Program-made: the position numbers and the translations under genes
Assembly (NCBI GenBank): GCA_950097015.1
Contig: CATNEN010000032.1
Location: forward strand, 186,001 to 250,000
DNA length: 64,000 nt
Reading direction: 5' to 3'
From: Macrostomum hystrix
Lineage: Eukaryota > Animalia > Platyhelminthes
The notes under the pieces: model-generated
What the model was told of the DNA's origin: nothing
Seen by the model: only the letters and a program-made list of their open reading frames with translations
Databases searched by the model: none
Shown: piece by piece, positions 1 to 19,759 of the stretch
How positions within the stretch are numbered: position 1 is the stretch's first letter
Layout of the letters: each line of letters starts with the position of its first letter

Positions 1-292
1 GTTGAATATGAATAGGAATAACTTATAACTACTGGAAGCAACCAAACAGTTGGAAAAGGCCAACTTGATCAGCAGAAAAAAACAACAACAAAGCAAACAC
101 GAGGAAGGAAGACGCAACTAAAATGAAAACAGACCAGAATCACCTGTAGCCAAGGAGAGAAACCAAGGAGACGAACAGTCAGTCAGACAGGAACTTTAGC
201 AAACGAAGAGAAATAACTCAGAATACGAAATGGAAACTAGCAGAAAGGTAACACTAAAAATGTCATAACTCATTCAGATCCAGCTAGCAGGT

Positions 293-4544
<4,252 letters not shown>

Positions 4545-4709
4545 AGTAAACAAATAGGGTTTCAAATTTGGCTGAACTAGACGAAAAAGCAATCCTTAGT
4601 AATAAGGAATTGTCTTCTGCTATCTTCCAAAGATGGGAAGCAATGACGAACGGGAAGTTTATACTTGTCTTTCTCTGCACAATTCCGACCGGGGTGAAGA
4701 TATGATGGC

Positions 4710-4769
4710 CTGAAAATAGGAAACGAGTTTTGTCTCACTCATACGCTCGTAAAATATAGAATATTTATT
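4710..4769 (-). promoter_or_regulatory. TSEN54 poly(A) signal (AATAAA, 4764-4769) followed about 55 nt later by a 3' splice acceptor (TTTTCAG, AG at 4710-4711) opening the ICA1 5' UTR
   Basis: Read on the minus strand; function inferred from consensus only. Confidence 0.55.
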
Positions 4770-4946
4770 AAAACGTTTAATATCACAGGAAGCATACGAA
4801 TCGCTGCAACCGAAAAGAGTTGAATAGCTTAGCGTAAAACATAAATAAAGAGTTCCATGTAATGTATTTCATTTTCTCAGAAAACGGAAGAAGACAAAAG
4901 GCAAATCATCAACTTTGTCTGGCTGTTGAAGAAAGTCACAATTACA

Positions 4947-6158
4947 TTAGAACACATAGTGAATATTTTCAACGCTGAATGTGGAGCAGACTTGATAATG
5001 AACGCTGGCATCGTCAACAATGGCAAACAGCAGGTCCACACTGACTCCGCCATTGGCGGTCAGCTGCAGAGTTCGAACACCAACTGGACAGGGCGGCGGC
5101 GAGTCGACATCGACAACAACCAGATGATAGTCCGGCAAGGCGACTCCGGCGGCTGTGCGACGTCGCCGATGTCCGGGTCGGAAGACGTTAAAGTGAACGC
5201 CAGTCAGCTGTCCGCAGCAGACAGCGCAGTGACAGTCCGGGCTGGTCTGTTGCTCTCGCGGAATTTCTGGCACCGTCATGCGCTGCCGAGCCTCAGCTGT
5301 TGTGAATTCAGCACAGTCGGACACTAGAAGGTCTTGCCAAGGTATCAACGGTCGCAACGATTCGCCAGATGGAAAACTGGCAGCTTGAGCTCTGCGAGCA
5401 AACTGCGGAACATTCACCGACGTGGCGGCAGCAGCGGCAGCGGTGCGGTACTCGGCCCAAGAAGATACTCTCGAACTGCTTTTTACATCGCATTCTGCTA
5501 CTAGATCCGCTTCCAGGCAGTCTGCCGCTGACGTCGATGACGAAGGCAGATCAGGATCTATGCACATAACTGTGCGGCCAGATAAATCTAGAACAAATTG
5601 CTGCGACTCAGCAGATACTGGACCGGCAGCCGAAGACTTCGCCGCATGCCTGACCAAACGGTAGCCAATCCGAACTAATCTAGAATAGGCTAGCCAATGC
5701 TTGAACTCCGCTGGCGAACTAATGAGAGTCTGGTAGGCCTGCTGCATTGAGAGAGGCATGCTGCCTAGTCTAACAATAAGCCGACCCAGTTCCATCAGTA
5801 TCAGAGCCTCCTCCGGCTGCAACAAAGTGGAACCGTCCAACTGGCGCTTGCCAAACTGGCCAGAGAATCTGGCCCTGCCAGGCACTGTCACGTGACGCTT
5901 CTCAGGCAGCCATTCTCCATCAGCCAATTGGCTAGGCTGGGCGCTGCGCTCCTCAGTGAGTGTTAGGTGCCATCTGGCCATGGCTAAGTTAACTTCGGCG
6001 CCAGCTTTGCCATCTGTATTGCCATCTTTGCTCGCATCCCGCCAGTGACGCTTCAGGCCGCCAGTCTCTGGCAGGCTGCTTGACTGTGGCTGGCGAGCTA
6101 ACAGATCACGACCAATCAGCATTTGGCAATCAGCTTTGACACACTGCAAATATTCCAT
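4947..6158 (-). CDS. TSEN54: tRNA-splicing endonuclease subunit Sen54, intronless, 403 aa
   Basis: Single ORF with the Sen54 N-terminal motif LQPEEALILMELGRL...PLSMQQAYQTL...WLAYSRLVRIGYRLVRH. Confidence 0.85.
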   Translation of the reverse strand: MEYLQCVKADCQMLIGRDLLARQPQSSSLPETGGLKRHWRDASKDGNTDGKAGAEVNLAMARWHLTLTEERSAQPSQLADGEWLPEKRHVTVPGRARFSGQFGKRQLDGSTLLQPEEALILMELGRLIVRLGSMPLSMQQAYQTLISSPAEFKHWLAYSRLVRIGYRLVRHAAKSSAAGPVSAESQQFVLDLSGRTVMCIDPDLPSSSTSAADCLEADLVAECDVKSSSRVSSWAEYRTAAAAAATSVNVPQFARRAQAASFPSGESLRPLIPWQDLLVSDCAEFTTAEARQRMTVPEIPREQQTSPDCHCAVCCGQLTGVHFNVFRPGHRRRRTAAGVALPDYHLVVVDVDSPPPCPVGVRTLQLTANGGVSVDLLFAIVDDASVHYQVCSTFSVENIHYVF

Positions 6159-8485
6159 TTAAGCAAAGCCTTTGGCTTTATTTATTTTATTTTCAGAGTA
6201 GGAAAACTTTGAAAATCTGAAATTATATCTTCTTAATTGACTAGTACTTTCTTCATTTTTCTAACTACATGCATTAATTGTTCATTAAATAACAAGTCCT
6301 AAGAAACTTAGAAAGTAACTAGGTCTTAAGTAGCAAAATGGCTTCATGCTTTAAATTATTGATAACTTGTATTTTCTTTTTCTATCTATCAAGGGGGTAG
6401 CATAAAATTATTGAGGGGACAGTATCAATTAGCATGATTTATTGGAAGGGTAGCATTGTTTGACAGACTGAAGAACTTTTGTAGTTGCACAGATATTGCC
6501 ATGCAGGTTTAAGCTCCACAAAGGGGGAATAGTTGCTAGTACTAATACTATTACTAATATTGGTACTAATACTAATAGTAGCAGCTTAAAAAGTCAAGTT
6601 TTTGATACGATAACTTTGAAAAACCTTACACTATAGCTTAAAATCCTAAAGAAAAATAGAATACATATTAATTATTGCTTATAGTTTAAATATGTTGGCA
6701 TGAAAAATTTGAAATACAGAGAGTAGCATAGACAATACAGCTATTTTAAATAGTAATGATAAAGGTTTGGTCCAACCTCCTAGTAAATATGTAATGTATT
6801 ATTCTGGCAAAAAAATCATTCTACATATTAAGCTAGTTACTTAAATAACCATTTGCTTTGATGCAATACAATTTAATCCTTAATATCTTGTTTGGTAGGC
6901 CCTAGGCCTAGAAGTTCAAGAACTAGAAGCATTTCATAACTAGCACTAAATGAACATAGCTACTAATAATTGGGTGGGAAATTATAAGAATTTTTACTTA
7001 ATATAAATTGTTATATCTAGTCCTAGGAATTCTTTTTAGGCTTGCTGCATACCTATTAAAAACAGAAAACATATCAGTATATCAAACATACATTACTAAG
7101 CATTTAGTAAGGCACACAGGTAAATATATTAGGCTATTGATCCAACAGTTTCTATGATTAAATGGCCATGTTCTCATGGTAAATTCTGAAATTGTGATTC
7201 TAAATTGGCATTAGGACCTATAACATTGACATAATGTGGAATGAATAGGCTTATTTCTTGCCTAGAAGGGGCTAAGCCAATGACGCCCATTTATTGAGTA
7301 GTTTGGCAATGAAAATGAATAGCTAAATTTGTAAGAAACTTTTCTTTACGAGAATTTTATATGGTTTAATAATTATGTACAATGCATTAATTTACTTTTA
7401 TTCTTTTTTTTTAATCATTTCTATTAACTTCAGCTTTTCCCGCACTATTTTACAGTTAACACTTTTTAAACTGTGCTGAATTGGAAATACCATCACGAGA
7501 TGACGACGTGTGATTCATGCTTTTGTATACTTTCATTTTGTTCCTTACGCTCAAGTCAAGAAATGAGAGCATTATGTATTTTAAAGGATTTTTTTAAGAA
7601 GGTAGCTATTTGAATTGAAGGCAGCGGTTCATTCATTTATTTTGTCACTGTCTTATTTTAATGTACATCAAATATTCCATTTAGCTCGCACGCGTACTTA
7701 ACTTTCTCACCCCTAACCTGTTTGACGTGCAGTGGCATCGTCCACCCCCTCCGCTTGAGCCTGCTGCTTGTGAAATCTATAATAAATGAGCACAGAAGGC
7801 CACTCACGAGGTGTGAGTGTTTTTTTGTCGGTTTGTTCAAGCTAACCATCGATCGACTCGTTGTTGTTTACAGTACACTATTTGTAGCATAAATGATACG
7901 CTATACATTTTTGCGATTGTCTACGAGTATTTCGGGATTTCCTTATTAAACTTAATGCGCAGATATCTAGATCTAGCAGATCTAGCAGATATTCATGGAT
8001 TAAAGACGATAGCTTTGGGCATGCACCGTTGCGCAAGAAAACAGAGCCCTGCCGCACTTTAACTGAGAACCATCGCCCATTTCTGGCCCGTGAAATTTCG
8101 AACGACGTGAAAGTGTCCGCCTTAGAGGTTTGAGGCAAAAAAAGTTAGGGGAAATTTGACTTTTTATTTTAATGCGCTCGTACTCTTGGAGATTCTATGG
8201 ATGGACGCGCAATCTTGAGAAAGTTGACATTTAAAAGTTTAGAGGGTACTTTAAAATCTATGCCTACATCAAAGATTATATAAATACCCAAGATACGTCA
8301 CTCAAAGCAAAAATCTGGTTTTCACACACTTTATGCCATAGACAAACATTCGGCCAGCTACAAATCGCCAAATTAACGCATCATCAGCAGCAGCAGCAGT
8401 CGTCTCCAGAATTTTTCTTTTCTTTTAAAAGCACAGCACACCAAGGAGGAAAGTATAGAAGAGTATTCGTCCCCAGAATTCTCTC

Positions 8486-8938
8486 ATGCAGCAGTCTCTA
8501 AATTCGCGCTTGCGTCAGAGGCTGTTTAACATCAGTTTACTCGGCTCCTCCGAAGGACGGAAGAAGAGTGCAGCCTCACAGCTTTCCATCGAAGAATGAT
8601 ATGGCACAAGAATGGCTTCGAATCTTGGAGCTGAATCATTTAAATCTGGATTTCGTAAGGAAGCACAGGCTGAAGGTTTGTGGCCTTCACTTTCGGGACG
8701 AAGACTTTGTCGGACAAGCGGTGGGCAGAAGAGGCCAGGAGCAAGGCTTCGTAAGAGCACTCTACCGGATTGCGACTCATTTCCTCCTCTGCTAAGACCA
8801 GTCTCCCCCGATCCTGAACCTCTGCCAGATAACATTGCTGACAATCTATACCCACCAGTGCTGCAGAGCTTTGCAGAAGCATCAAGGTCTGACATGCGAC
8901 TCATTTCCTTTGTCGGACACTTTGTCGGGTATTTATAA
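8486..8938 (+). pseudogene. THAP zinc-finger gene or P-element-like relic with two compensating frameshifts
   Basis: The frame starting at 8511 reads CVRGC-x51-CGLHF with HSFP and the conserved W, matching the THAP C2CH pattern. The ATG at 8486 and the post-THAP RLRKSTLP segment (stop 8938) are in a different, shared frame, so a +1 near 8510 and a -1 near 8710 are needed. Confidence 0.6.
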
Positions 8939-9343
8939 TCTTTGGCCTACATTCAACACTCGCAGTAGTTTAGGGTGATTTCTGGATTTTGGCCACCAAC
9001 TCAACACAAAGAATCAAGACTAGGCGGCTCATAAATGACGGTTGCAATGCATGAATTGCGCAACCTGCACGATGTCAACATAAAATTTTCCTTCCAATTT
9101 ACTAATTAGATTCGATTTTCCGTAGTTGCTTAATCTACAGGTGGACTTTGACAGATAAACATTATTTTTTCCGGATTTCAGTAAAGTTAGACTCGGAAAG
9201 CGTTTGTTCATACGAAAGCAGAAGAGCACATTCGAAAATGCGCACGTAATTAAAAACTAGTTTAAAACTACCGATACGAAAAAGGCAGCAAACTTTATCA
9301 GGCTTTAGCTTTGACGAAACGTAATTTGGATTCAGTTTGAAGA

Positions 9344-10900
9344 ATGGCTTTTGGATTTCATACTTGCGGCCCAAATGAAGCGCTGGTAATTTCCGGTAAG
9401 ATATAAAACTAGCTAGCTGTATGATAGAAGTTGATCTCGAAATTTATACTAATTTTTAACTACGGATAAATGGACAAATCACGTAAAATTTTAAAACGGC
9501 TGTAGCTGCACAAAGCATGCATGATAGTTTGCTTTTTAGAGGGTTATTTTTTATATTTGCTTTTAGTCCTTTTTAACTTAATGTGTCTTTGTTTCAAAGC
9601 CAAATTCGAAAATCCTCAGATGTCACTCTGCAGCCTCTTGCCCATTTCGACCCCCCAAACAGGTTGCTTTCATTCATCGCCGATGTTCATTCCGGGAGGC
9701 AGGAAGTTTGTCTTTCCCTACATCCAGCAGGTGCAACGCATTTCGCTGAACACAATGACCATCACTATTGAGTCGCCGAGAATTTACACACAACTGGGGG
9801 TCATCATCACAGTCACGGGCGTAGCCCAGCTCCGCATCAAAGGCCAGAACAAGGACATGCTGGCGGCCGCCTGCGAGCAATTTCTCGGCAAAACCGAGCG
9901 CCAAGTTCAGGACATTGCAAAAGAGACGCTCGAAGGCCATCAGCGAGCAATCATGGGCAACATGACTGTTGAAGAGATCTACAAAGACAGGAAGAAGTTC
10001 AGCAAGGCCGTATTCGAAGTCGCCTCATCCGACCTAGTTAACATGGGCATCAGCGTTGTGTCTTACACACTGAAGGATATCAGCGACGACGAAGGCTACC
10101 TGAAGGCGCTGGGCATGGCTCGCACAGCCCAGGTGAAGCGTGATGCCCGCATTGGCGAAGCCGAGGCCCAGAAGGAGGCCGGCATCAAAGAGGCCATGGC
10201 CGAGCAGGCCCGCATGGCAGCCCGCTTTCAGAACGAGGCTGAAATCGCCAAGGCGCAGCGCGACTTCGAGTTGAAGAAGGCCGCCTTCGATCGGGAGGTT
10301 CAGGCGAAAAAGGCCGAGTCCGACTTGGCTTACGAGCTGCAGGCGGCCAAGACTCGCCAGCTGATCAAGGAGGAGGAAATGCAGATCAAAGTGGTCGAGC
10401 GAACTCAACAGATCAGCGTCCAGGAGCTGGAGATAGTCCGCCGGGAGCGCCAGCTCGATGCCAGCGTTCGAAAGCCGGCCGAAGCCGAGAAGTACCAGCT
10501 TGAGCGTCTGGCCGAGGCCGAGAACTCCAAGATCATCATGGAGGCGCAGGCCGAAGCCGAGGCGGTCCAGTTGAAAGGTGAAGCCGAAGCTTTCGCCATT
10601 GAGGCGAGGGCAAAGGCCACGGCTGAGCAGATGGCGAAGAAGGCCGACGCCTGGAAGGAGTACGGCGAGGCGGCCAGACTGGACCTGGTGCTGAAGGCGC
10701 TGCCCAAGCTGGCCGCGGAGGTGGCTCAGCCGCTGGCCAGAGCCAAGAAGATCACCATGGTGAGCAGCGGTGGTCGCAACGCCGAGCTCGGAGCTGCGAA
10801 GATCACAGGCGAAGTCATGGACATCATGGAGCGACTGCCGACGATGCTGCAGTCGATGACGGGAGCTGAGAATGGCCTGACCAAGATCAAGCCAAAGTGA
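9344..10900 (+). CDS. FLOT1: Flotillin-1; exons 9344-9395 and 9663-10900
   Basis: Exon 1 [18 protein letters not shown] ends in G|GTAAG and joins CAG|GTTGC in phase. The SPFH domain ([39 protein letters not shown]) and the AEAE-rich flotillin coiled coil follow. Confidence 0.96.
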
Positions 10901-11404
10901 GCTGTTCGGAATCGAGTTGACCTATTGACCTTGATTGTGATTTGGGAATTTCGATGACATTTGCTTGCCGATTAAAAAATGTTACTTTTTCAGGGATTTG
11001 ATGCATCAGAACTGAGTCAGTTTTAAATGTTGATTTTTCAAATTTTTGTTTTAATCAAAGGATAAAAAAGGATAATGTTATGCTTATTATGCCGATTGTG
11101 TTATGCTCGCACCACGTTACGAGATCTATTTAAGCAGTTGGCTTTCGCAGGACTTCAATGGCATCAATCAAAGTCGTTTGATTTTTGTAAAATAATTGAA
11201 ATATTTTTATGCTTGATCCAATGTTTCAGGACATAAATTAAACTCAATGTTCGCTGGTATTATAGCGCGATAGAAAATGCATAGCATGCCCCATCTTCTG
11301 TTCTTTTTATTTTTTTGTTCTGTTGACAGTTTTATTCTGGGTTTGGCAGCCACAGGTACTTCATGTAAAGTTGACCCGTCTGATAGTTAAGAGAGGAGTA
11401 AGTA

Positions 11405-12925
11405 GAGATGAGACAGGGAAGAAATAAGACAGGGGAGAGGAAGCAATGGAGAGGAGACAGGGGAGAGGAGACAGAGGAGAGGAGACAGGGGAGGGGTGAC
11501 AGGGAGAGGTGACAGGGGAGAGGAGACAGGGGAGAGGTGACAGGGGAGAGGAGACAGGGGAGAGGAGACAGGGGAGAGGTGACAGGGGAGAGGAGACAGG
11601 GGAGAGGAGACAGGGGAGAGGTGACAGGGGAGAGGTGACAGGGGAGAGGAGACAGAGGAGAGGAGACAGGGGAGAGGTGACAGGGGAGAGGTGACAGGGG
11701 AGAGGAGACAGGGGAGAGGTGACAGGGGAGAGGAGACAGGGGAGAGGAGACAGGGGAGAGGTGACAGGGGAGAGGAGACAGGGGAGAGGAGACAGGGGAG
11801 AGGTGACAGGGGAGAGGAGACAGGGGAGAGGTGACAGGGGAGAGGAGACAGGGGAGAGGAGACAGGGGAGAGGTGACAGGGGAGAGGAGACAGGGGAGAG
11901 GAGACAGGGGAGAGGTGACAGGGGAGAGGTGACAGGGGAGAGGAGACAGAGGAGAGGAGACAGGGGAGAGGTGACAGGGGAGAGGTGACAGGGGAGAGGA
12001 GACAGGGGAGAGGTGACAGGGGAGAGGAGACAGGGGAGAGGAGACAGGGGAGAGGTGACAGGGGAGAGGAGACAGGGGAGAGGTGACAGGGGAGAGGTGA
12101 CAGGGGAGAGGAGACAGGGGAGAGGTGACAGGGGAGAGGTGACAGGGGAGAGGAGACAGGGGAGAGGTGACAGGGGAGAGGTGACAGGGGAGAGGAGACA
12201 GGGGAGAGGAGACAGGGGAGATGAGACAGGGGAGAGGAGACAGGGGAGATGAGACAGGGGAGATGAGACAGGGGAGAGGAGACAGGGGAGAGGTGACAGG
12301 GGAGAGGTGACAGGGGAGAGGTGACAGGGAAGAGGAGACAGGGGAGAGGTGACAGGGGAGAGGTGACAGGGGAGAGGTGACAGGGCAGAGGAGACGGAGG
12401 AGAGAAGAGACACTGGATATAGGAGACATGGGAGAGGAGACAGGGGAGAAAGGAGACGGGGGAGAGGAGACAGGGGAGAGAGGAGACGGGGAGAGGAGAC
12501 AGGGGAGAGGAGACAGGAGAGAGATGAGAAAGTGGTGAGGAGACATGGGAGAGAAGAGACACGGGAGAGATGAGACACGGGAGAGATGAGACACGGGAGG
12601 GGAGAGATGAGACACGGGAGGGATGAGACACGGCGAAGATGAGACACGGGAGGGGAGAGATGAGACACGGGAGGGATGAGACACGGCGGAGATGAGACAC
12701 GGGAGAGATGAGACACGGGAGGGATGAGACACGGCGGAGATGAGACACGGGAGAGATGAGACACGGGAGGGATGAGACACGGCGGAGATGAGACACGGGA
12801 GGGGAGAGATGAGACACGGGAGGGATGAGACACGGCGGAGATGAGACACGGGAGGGGAGAGATGAGACACGGGAGGGGAGAGATGAGACACGGGAGGGAT
12901 AAGACACGGCGGAGATGAGACACGA
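11405..12925. repeat. Purine-rich array: 14-bp GGGGAGAGG(A/T)GACA grading into 16-bp GGGAGAGATGAGACAC
   Basis: Direct reading; produces three spurious >500-aa minus-strand ORFs. Confidence 0.97.
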
Positions 12926-13631
12926 AATAGATGAGATCCAAAAGATACTAGGCAGTGAGGCGATGCGAGATGAGACCTGTTTGCCGGCCCCTGATTTTCT
13001 CAGTACCATTGAGCTGTGCGTCATGTGAGGGGTAAAGTGTCATGCATGATCTCATCAGGCCAAAAACGCTTAGTTTCGTACACTTAACTCCTGCTCTGCT
13101 TTAAAATAAAAGATAAGAAAGCAAAAAATGAAATTAGACACACCTGCAAAGCCATTTCTGCTTTGAATAACGATTCAGGTCATATCGGAATAAGCCGCTA
13201 TACCGTATAGCAGAAGTCAACAGCATTTGTACACTTGACTTGCAGTGACCGCTACCAGTGACATGCGGCTAGCCTATAATTGGGTGCTCTTCGCTGTCTC
13301 ATCTCATTGCTAATTATTTAAACCGGGTGAAAAAAAATTGCTTATCTATCACTGTTAGTGCTTTTATACTACTTTTGAGTGCGATTGAGAGTAGTATTAG
13401 TCGAGAATTTTTTTGTTCATATACTTTTTGACTGTTTTAGACTTAAACTAATTTAAAGAGGATCATTCGATATTTTTGGAAGTCTTTGCTTAAAATAATC
13501 ATAGAATTATGCTCGCAATATAGAGGTGGATGATTTAAGTATAATTATTTATTTTGCTAAAGGAAACAAACAGCTTGAAAAACTTTGCTTTGCAGGCAAT
13601 ACTAATAATAAGTGATTCGAGAATGAAAAAT

Positions 13632-14775
13632 AGAGATGGGGAATCCATCCTCCTCACTGATCAGATGGGGAACCCAGTCTCCTCACTGATCAGATGGGGA
13701 ACCCAGTCTCCTCACTGATCAGATGGGGAATCCAGTCTCCTCACTGATCAGATGGGGAACCCAGTCTCCTCACTGATCAGATGGGGAATCCAGTCTCCTC
13801 ACTGATCAGATGGGGAATCCCGTCTCCTCACTGATCAGATGGGGAATCCCGTCTCCTCACTGATCAGATGGGGAATCCCGTCTCCTCACTGATCAGATGG
13901 GGAATCCCGTCTCCTCACTGATCAGATGGGGAATCCAATCTCGTTGATCAGATGGAGAATCCAGTCTCCTCACTGATCAGATGGGGAATCCAGTTTCATT
14001 GATCAGATGGGGAATCCAGTTTCATTGATCAGATGGGGAATCCAGTCTCGTTGACCAGATGAGGAATCCAGTCTCGTTGACCAGATGAGGAATCCAGTCG
14101 CGTTGACCAGATGAGGAATCCAGTCTCGTTGATCAGATGGGGAATCCAGTCTCGTTGATCAGATGGGGAATCCAGTCTCATTGATCAGATGGGGAATCCA
14201 GCCTCATTTATAAGATGGGGAATCCAGTTTCATTGATCAGATGGGGAATCCAGTCTCATTGATCAGATGGGGAATCCAGTCTCATTGATCAGATGGGGAA
14301 TCCAGTCTCATTGATCAGATGGGGAATCCAGTCTCATTGATCAGATGGGGAATCCAGCCTCATTGATCAGATGGGGAATCCCGTCTCCTCACTGATCAGA
14401 TGGGGAATCCCGTCTCCTCACTGATCAGATGGGGAATCCAATCTCGTTGATCAGATGGAGAATCCAGTCTCATTGATCAGATGGGGAATCCAGTCTCATT
14501 GATCAGATGGGGAATCCAGTCTCGTTGACCAGATGAGGAATCCAGTCTCGTTGATCAGATGGGGAATCCAGTCTCGTTGATCAGATGGGGAATCCAGTCT
14601 CGTTGACCAGATGAGGAATCCAGTCTCGTTGATCAGATGGGGAATCCCGTCTCCTCACTGATCAGATGGGGAATCCCGTCTCCTCACTGATCAGATGGGG
14701 AATCCAATCTCGTTGATCAGATGGGGAATCCAGTCTCATTGATCGGATGGGGAATCCAGTTTCATTGATCAGATA
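13632..14775. repeat. 26/29-bp minisatellite GATCAGATGGGGAATCCAGTCTC(ATT/CTCACT)
   Basis: Direct reading; two length variants interleaved in blocks. Confidence 0.97.
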
Positions 14776-14847
14776 GGGAATCCAATCTCGTTGCTAAGGC
14801 AAGAAAGAACATATGAAATCCGTTGAAACCACGGGCACAAAAGTATT

Positions 14848-16350
14848 TCACTCTGCCTCGCCGTCGCCGCGGCATCGCCCATGACGGCCTCGGTCGAGGC
14901 TGCGGCCTTGGCCTGGCCGACCTCGGTCGAAGGATACCGATAGCGGTAAAAGGAACTGCGAGGGTCTTCGACCCCGAGACCGACTCTGATGGCGACCTTT
15001 CCGGCTCTCGCCATCGGCCTCGCCATTGCTTTCACAATCGTCGCCATCAGCGCCAACAGTTCGACGCAAATAATTTGCCGCAGCTGAGGCCGCGTCCGAC
15101 GCCCTTGCAGCTCCGGTTTCGGGCCGGAGTCGTTTCGCCGTTGCCAACGGCGACGGTGGAGGCGGTGGCGTCGGCGACGGCGATGGAGTTGACGTCGGAT
15201 GGGCCGTTGTAGCGGTTTGGCGGCCGCGCAGAAAAAGCAACTGCTGCTGTTGCTGCTGCTGCGTTGGTTGAGCTAGTAAAGGACCCTGAGTATTGTCCAG
15301 TTTAAATCCTTTGGAAATCAGACCTGTGCGACTACTGCAAGGGAAAGCATATGATTATGAACAGTTTATTAAAAATAGACAGACGGATGTACAGCCACTG
15401 GTTCAACCGCAGCTATTTCGAGGCTGTTCAGTCCATGGACTGGGTTAGGATCGCCTCACCCACCCAAATTTCTAACCCAATAACAATTAATTAATAATAT
15501 TTTATTGCACTTGCCTATTGGGCCAGATGTGCAGCCGACAGCACAGCCGCAGCTATTGCGCGGCGCATCTGAAGGCTGCGTACGGCTGATCAGTCCATGG
15601 ACTGGGGGACGCCACACACGCCTTCAATTATCCCAGCTGATGCTGGTGCCCATTTAACAGCTGGGTGAATTGAAGCAATGCAGAGTTAAGTGTCTTGCTA
15701 ATTGACACAAATTCTTCCAGTGGAGTCAGGAATCGAACCCCCGACCTTTAAGTCGTGAGTCCGACGCTCTAACCACAAGGCTACAACCTCTCATCTCCGA
15801 TTCTAACCCAGCTAGCTATAATTATTGTACCCGTTTCGCAGCTGTGCTAACAACTTGAGCACTGGAGAAATTAATGAAAATTTGTATAGCATGAGCTCAA
15901 TTAACTGCTTTTACCTGGTACCAATAGGCTGCTGCTGCTGCTGCTTGCTGGATGAACTCGAGGCCTGCCATGTGGGCCCCCGCGAGTCCAGCGAGCTGCG
16001 CGCGATATCCGGCAGTCTAGAGCCGGACGCTGGCGGCAAAGGCGAAGCTCCGGTAGATTCGCGACCTCGCCCGCTAGCCGAAGGCAAACTTGGCAGGCCG
16101 GGATGCTGTCTAGACATCTACGAGCCTGCGTAAATCTGCTTCTGGATTTCCATGCAGCTCCCGTGCTCCGGCTTTTACCTGTCTGGTTGCCATGCGTGCT
16201 GCATTGAGCTTCTGTTTCGCTTTATTTCCTTTGTCATTCCCATCCTTCGTCGCCGTCGTATTCCTCTTCAATGACAGCCAGAAAGCCGGGCAAGCTGGGG
16301 CTGAAAACCTGCTGAATGTTGGCGGATTCCATGCCAGTGCAGACAAAGGG
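14848..16350 (-). other. GC-rich exon-like islands (about 14848-15285, 15915-16125), possibly an unidentified low-complexity protein gene
   Basis: Plausible donor at 15914 (CAG|GTAAAA) and acceptors at 15286 and 16126 flank an intron carrying a SINE, and Q/A/P/S-rich open frames are present. There is no recognisable domain and the frame could not be fixed. Confidence 0.3.
15480..15800 (-). mobile_element. SINE family 1, full-length copy
   Basis: The reverse complement aligns to 3040-3286 (GTGGTTAGAGCGTCGGACTC, GGTTCGATTCC, AGCAAGACACTTAACTCTGCATTGC). It has an AT-rich tail and a 10-bp TSD TTCTAACCCA (15470-15479, 15801-15810). Confidence 0.85.
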
Positions 16351-16760
16351 CAGCCAATGCGGACTGAGCATCAGATTGCTGGCTGTGTGTTGAGAATGGG
16401 GGGGTAGGAGTGAGCTGCAGCTGTGTGGGTTCTAGGCTCTGGAGGGTGGGAGTCAAAGAGTTAAAAAGCTGCAATGGCATTGTGAATGCAGGAAATATAT
16501 GTTAGTGATGATGTCGATTTTGTCTGTCCTGTACAGTGCAGTGCCTGGAATATGGGAGAACATGGGATGGCTGGGATCTCAAGAGGAACACAAGCAGTAT
16601 CAGAGAGCCGAAATCGAAGCATTGGCTGAGCCTAGCAACACTAGAGATCTGTGCCTCTGCACTGCCTACTGTGTTCTATTCTATCAGTTCTGAATAAATC
16701 TGGCTTTAAATACTACTAAACAAGTAGACCGATTTGCCTATGCTTTGGTGCTGGCAACGT

Positions 16761-19151
<2,391 letters not shown>

Positions 19152-19759
19152 GAACTTTTAAATATGTCACGCTGAACAGTTTCACCTGCACTGTAGTAAG
19201 TAAACGCAAGCTGTGCAGAGAGAGGAAGAATGGACTCTAGAAAGGTGTCGACACTGACAACCTTCAGGCTGCGCCCCATTATAACGATTGAACCATTGAA
19301 TCCGGCTCCATTGTGCCGCGTCAGAAACCAACGCCACCACCGCGGGCTCTCGCCCTCAGCCTCGCCTTTAGGTGCTTCAGGCACGGAAGTGGAGGGCATT
19401 ATATCTAAATATAATATAAAGGGCCAGCATTCTCTGGGCAAGAATTTTTCAGGCTGACGGTAGCGTTCAAGAATTCCGGCGGGTTCTGTAGCTAAAAATT
19501 GACGCCCGCAATGCCGCCCAAGCCATGGCTAGATGCTCCAGATCTCTCCAATGGTCTCTACCCATTTAAATTCAATTTTCCTCTCAGATCCTCCAGTTGA
19601 TTGACAGAGCGGAATCTTGAGAGAGGCTAGCCAGCTCTGCGGCTTGCAGGTTAAGAGAGAATTGATCCCCATTGCTCAGGGTCAGCGAACTCAGGCCCGC
19701 GGGCCATGCGACCCGCAAAGCTCATGAACCTGACACCTTCCTTTCTCTCCCATGTCATC

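Noticed and set aside
6148-7683. 15-bp exact match CAAATATTCCATTTA at the TSEN54 start and near 7669
   Set aside because: A match of this length is expected by chance in an AT-rich 64-kb window.
7658-8138. Minus-strand ORF fragments vaguely like a P-transposase C-terminus
   Set aside because: They are on the opposite strand to the THAP domain and carry no diagnostic motif, so they cannot be supported by eye.
11332-13024. Three overlapping >500-aa ORFs (and similar ORFs at 3756, 16738, 18595-19441, 19672, 23786, 25713, 27392, 30015-31357, 35412-36894, 37457-38273, 42338, 47960, 52418, 53934, 54673)
   Set aside because: They are translations of stop-free tandem repeats, open in several frames, and mostly inside introns of real genes.
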